Positions 61,920 to 64,000 of a stretch of DNA of 64,000 nucleotides are shown here, piece by piece. The notes beneath the pieces were generated by a model. The model was not told the DNA's origin and did no database searches. It saw only the letters and a list, made by a program, of their open reading frames with translations. Within the stretch, counting starts at the first letter, position 1. Each line of letters starts with the position of its first letter. Origin of the DNA: Nemertoderma westbladi (taxonomy: Eukaryota; Animalia; Xenacoelomorpha); NCBI GenBank assembly GCA_032718475.1, contig JAUCBJ010006608.1, positions 12,082-76,081 of the forward strand. The letters are read 5' to 3'. The translations under genes were made by a program, and so were the position numbers.

Positions 61920-64000
61920 ATGAGTGACACACCCCATTCGACGAGATACCCACCTACCGACTATGACTCGTGCGACCCGGACAGATCGACAGTAGACGAA
62001 CCGAGAAGGAGAACCCGAGATTCCACCGATGTCACACCGCTTGCGTCACCGGTACCCCGAACGGAAATACCGGAAACCGCAACGCGTGGCGACGGCAGAA
62101 TTGAAGATTTCCTTACCGTCCCGCAGACTAGATCACGGGAACCGGACATGGTAAGTTCGACTGGAAGCCAGGAGAACGTTATTAGAAGTATAGGAGGACA
62201 CATGGCCCAGATTACTCGGAACCTCGGAGAAGGTTTTCGCGTTTTACGCGAGTTAACCGCCCCGATGTCGAGATACGAGTTCTACACCTTACAGGTAAGG
62301 ATAGAAAGTAGGGTACATGCCTCCGTAGATAAACTTAAAGGTTTGCACGAACTTGCAGAGTTGCGTGGCGACAACTTTACTCAGGTGAAGATAGTAGATA
62401 AATTGGTAAGTGCGAGAGAAAGCCTTATCCAGTTTAAGTCGGTGATAAGATTGGCTCAACAGGAGCAGTTCGACCAACTGCTAGGTGAGTCAGTTTCGGA
62501 CGCGTTGTTACAACCCGAAGAGGAAGAAGAACTCTACTGCCTGGACGGAAGGTTGGAAACGCTGACCAATTTTCTTCGTAGATGCGGCGTACCGATCGAC
62601 GAACCGGAAGTCGAACCGCGAGGGACGACGGAAGTTCTCACTACGGAAGGCTCGCGAGCCTACCAACATCCACCACTGGATAGATCGTTCGTTAGCGTAC
62701 GGAGCGACGTTGGCAACGTTGGCAACGTTAGTAGAACAGCGTCTGGAATTACTCGACAACAACAGGAGGTTGCACGCCGACAACAAGTCGCCGAGGAAGA
62801 AGCGCAACTACAGATGGCACAGATCGCCATCGAAGGAGAGAAACAGCGCAGAGAGGACGAGGCAAGAATTGCGCAACTCAAGGCGCAAGCCGAATTCGAA
62901 GCTTCGGAAATGCGCAGATTGGAGGAAAACTTGGCGCAAGAAGCGGCCGCAGCAGCAGCAGCGGACGAGTTAGCACGGAAGAAGGCAGCGTCTGATGCTC
63001 GCGCTAAGTTGGAGGCACGGCAAATAAACGCTCGATTAGCTATACAGGAAGCGGAATTAGCGGCACAACAACAGGACGCAGATCGACGCGAAAGGGAGAT
63101 GCAACTACAGTTCGAATTGAATCGTAGATCGCGCGAGACAGCGAATGCGCAAGCGGACCTCGAACTCGACGCGAGAGATAGATCTATGCGATCGCGGACT
63201 GGACACGACTTGTCTGCCCTGGATCGTATGGAAGCTCGATATCGCGGAATACAGAAGCGGATCGAGGAAGGAAGCGTGGGAGCGATAGATCGAGGAGAGG
63301 AGTTCGTCGAGGATTACTGTAAACGTTTTCCCCAAGTTATTCCTATGCTCAAACCCACGACTCCGATAAAACCGGTCTTCGTTATGAAACCTAAGGAAAT
63401 TACGCCTGTGCGTTCGACGCAAGGCAACAGGTGTGTTGTGACGGAATTACCGCAACCTAGGGCGACTTCATCGCCAATTTTAGCAGGTAACATAACTAGT
63501 CCACCTACAGTAAGTCGTAGTCTACTTGTAGGAAGAGAGGAACCTGCGTTTATGACCATTAAACAGGTGAGTAAACCATTACAAGTTAAACCTGTGACGT
63601 GCTGTGCAAATCCAGTTATTTACAGACCAACTACGAAACCCGACTATTTCACTCGACCGTTGACACAATGTTTGACGCAACCTACGACTTCGTGGAAGGC
63701 TTGCGAGCCTACCGAACTACGGAGGAGGATGGATGTGGGTAGTACCCACGGGATCGGACAACGTATAGCGAGACCTACGACTTCGTGGAAGGCTTGCGAG
63801 CCTACCGAACAACGGAGAGCCGTAGATTCCGGACCACAACGGACGAGACCCAGAATAATACGTCGGACACGAACCCGCCAGCCACCTTATCCGGACGACA
63901 GCGATTCATCTAGCGACTCGGAGTCGACGGAACGGGAAATATTCCGTACTGGAGCGGCGGAAGAATACAAACAGGAGGAACGATCGACGAACCCATACAT
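61920..64000 (+). CDS. Gag-like polyprotein N-terminus, open to the window end (>690 codons)
   Basis: My translation from ATG 61920 (MSDTPHSTRYPP...IRSIGGHMAQITR...long E/Q/A/R coiled coil) has no stop before 64000; it is absent from the ORF track because it is unterminated. Confidence 0.75.
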   Translation, partial: MSDTPHSTRYPPTDYDSCDPDRSTVDEPRRRTRDSTDVTPLASPVPRTEIPETATRGDGRIEDFLTVPQTRSREPDMVSSTGSQENVIRSIGGHMAQITRNLGEGFRVLRELTAPMSRYEFYTLQVRIESRVHASVDKLKGLHELAELRGDNFTQVKIVDKLVSARESLIQFKSVIRLAQQEQFDQLLGESVSDALLQPEEEEELYCLDGRLETLTNFLRRCGVPIDEPEVEPRGTTEVLTTEGSRAYQHPPLDRSFVSVRSDVGNVGNVSRTASGITRQQQEVARRQQVAEEEAQLQMAQIAIEGEKQRREDEARIAQLKAQAEFEASEMRRLEENLAQEAAAAAAADELARKKAASDARAKLEARQINARLAIQEAELAAQQQDADRREREMQLQFELNRRSRETANAQADLELDARDRSMRSRTGHDLSALDRMEARYRGIQKRIEEGSVGAIDRGEEFVEDYCKRFPQVIPMLKPTTPIKPVFVMKPKEITPVRSTQGNRCVVTELPQPRATSSPILAGNITSPPTVSRSLLVGREEPAFMTIKQVSKPLQVKPVTCCANPVIYRPTTKPDYFTRPLTQCLTQPTTSWKACEPTELRRRMDVGSTHGIGQRIARPTTSWKACEPTEQRRAVDSGPQRTRPRIIRRTRTRQPPYPDDSDSSSDSESTEREIFRTGAAEEYKQEERSTNPY

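Larger units (their letters stand above)
58729..64000 (+). mobile_element. LTR retrotransposon (BEL/Pao-like), 5' part; continues past the window
   Basis: TGTAAT start (inferred), duplicated CCAAT-containing ~116-bp blocks at 58923-59120, TATAAAA near 59135, long leader shared with 19888-21510, then an intact gag-like ORF. Confidence 0.65.

Overview
AT-rich, repeat-dense eukaryotic DNA, most likely from an invertebrate animal; the taxon cannot be fixed from sequence alone. The centrepiece is a fully delimited 16,958-bp Polinton/Maverick (adintovirus-like) element at 26011-42968. It has 198-bp AGTAGT-starting TIRs and a 6-bp TSD (GTTAAT), and an empty copy of its target repeat lies at ~15950-16350. 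It carries decayed protein-primed PolB, retroviral-like integrase, adenain protease, packaging ATPase, two penton-like genes, core-like proteins, a RING protein and a DEDD-like nuclease. Three features of the element are unusual: (i) the PolB reading frame runs into a two-repeat TATA-binding-protein-like domain, whose second repeat is hidden by a frameshift; (ii) a near-perfect hairpin near the left end has arms ~90% identical to the element's own polB; (iii) no major capsid protein gene is recognisable. The rest of the window holds an 11-kb 100-bp satellite that appears to fill the intron of a small secreted prepropeptide gene, a fibrinogen-related (FReD) terminal exon, several BEL/Pao LTR-retrotransposon pieces (one with an intact >690-codon ORF running off the window), LINE fragments, MITEs, and 21-, 38-, 45- and 57-bp tandem repeats. 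All domain calls come from motif recognition by eye; no database searches were run.
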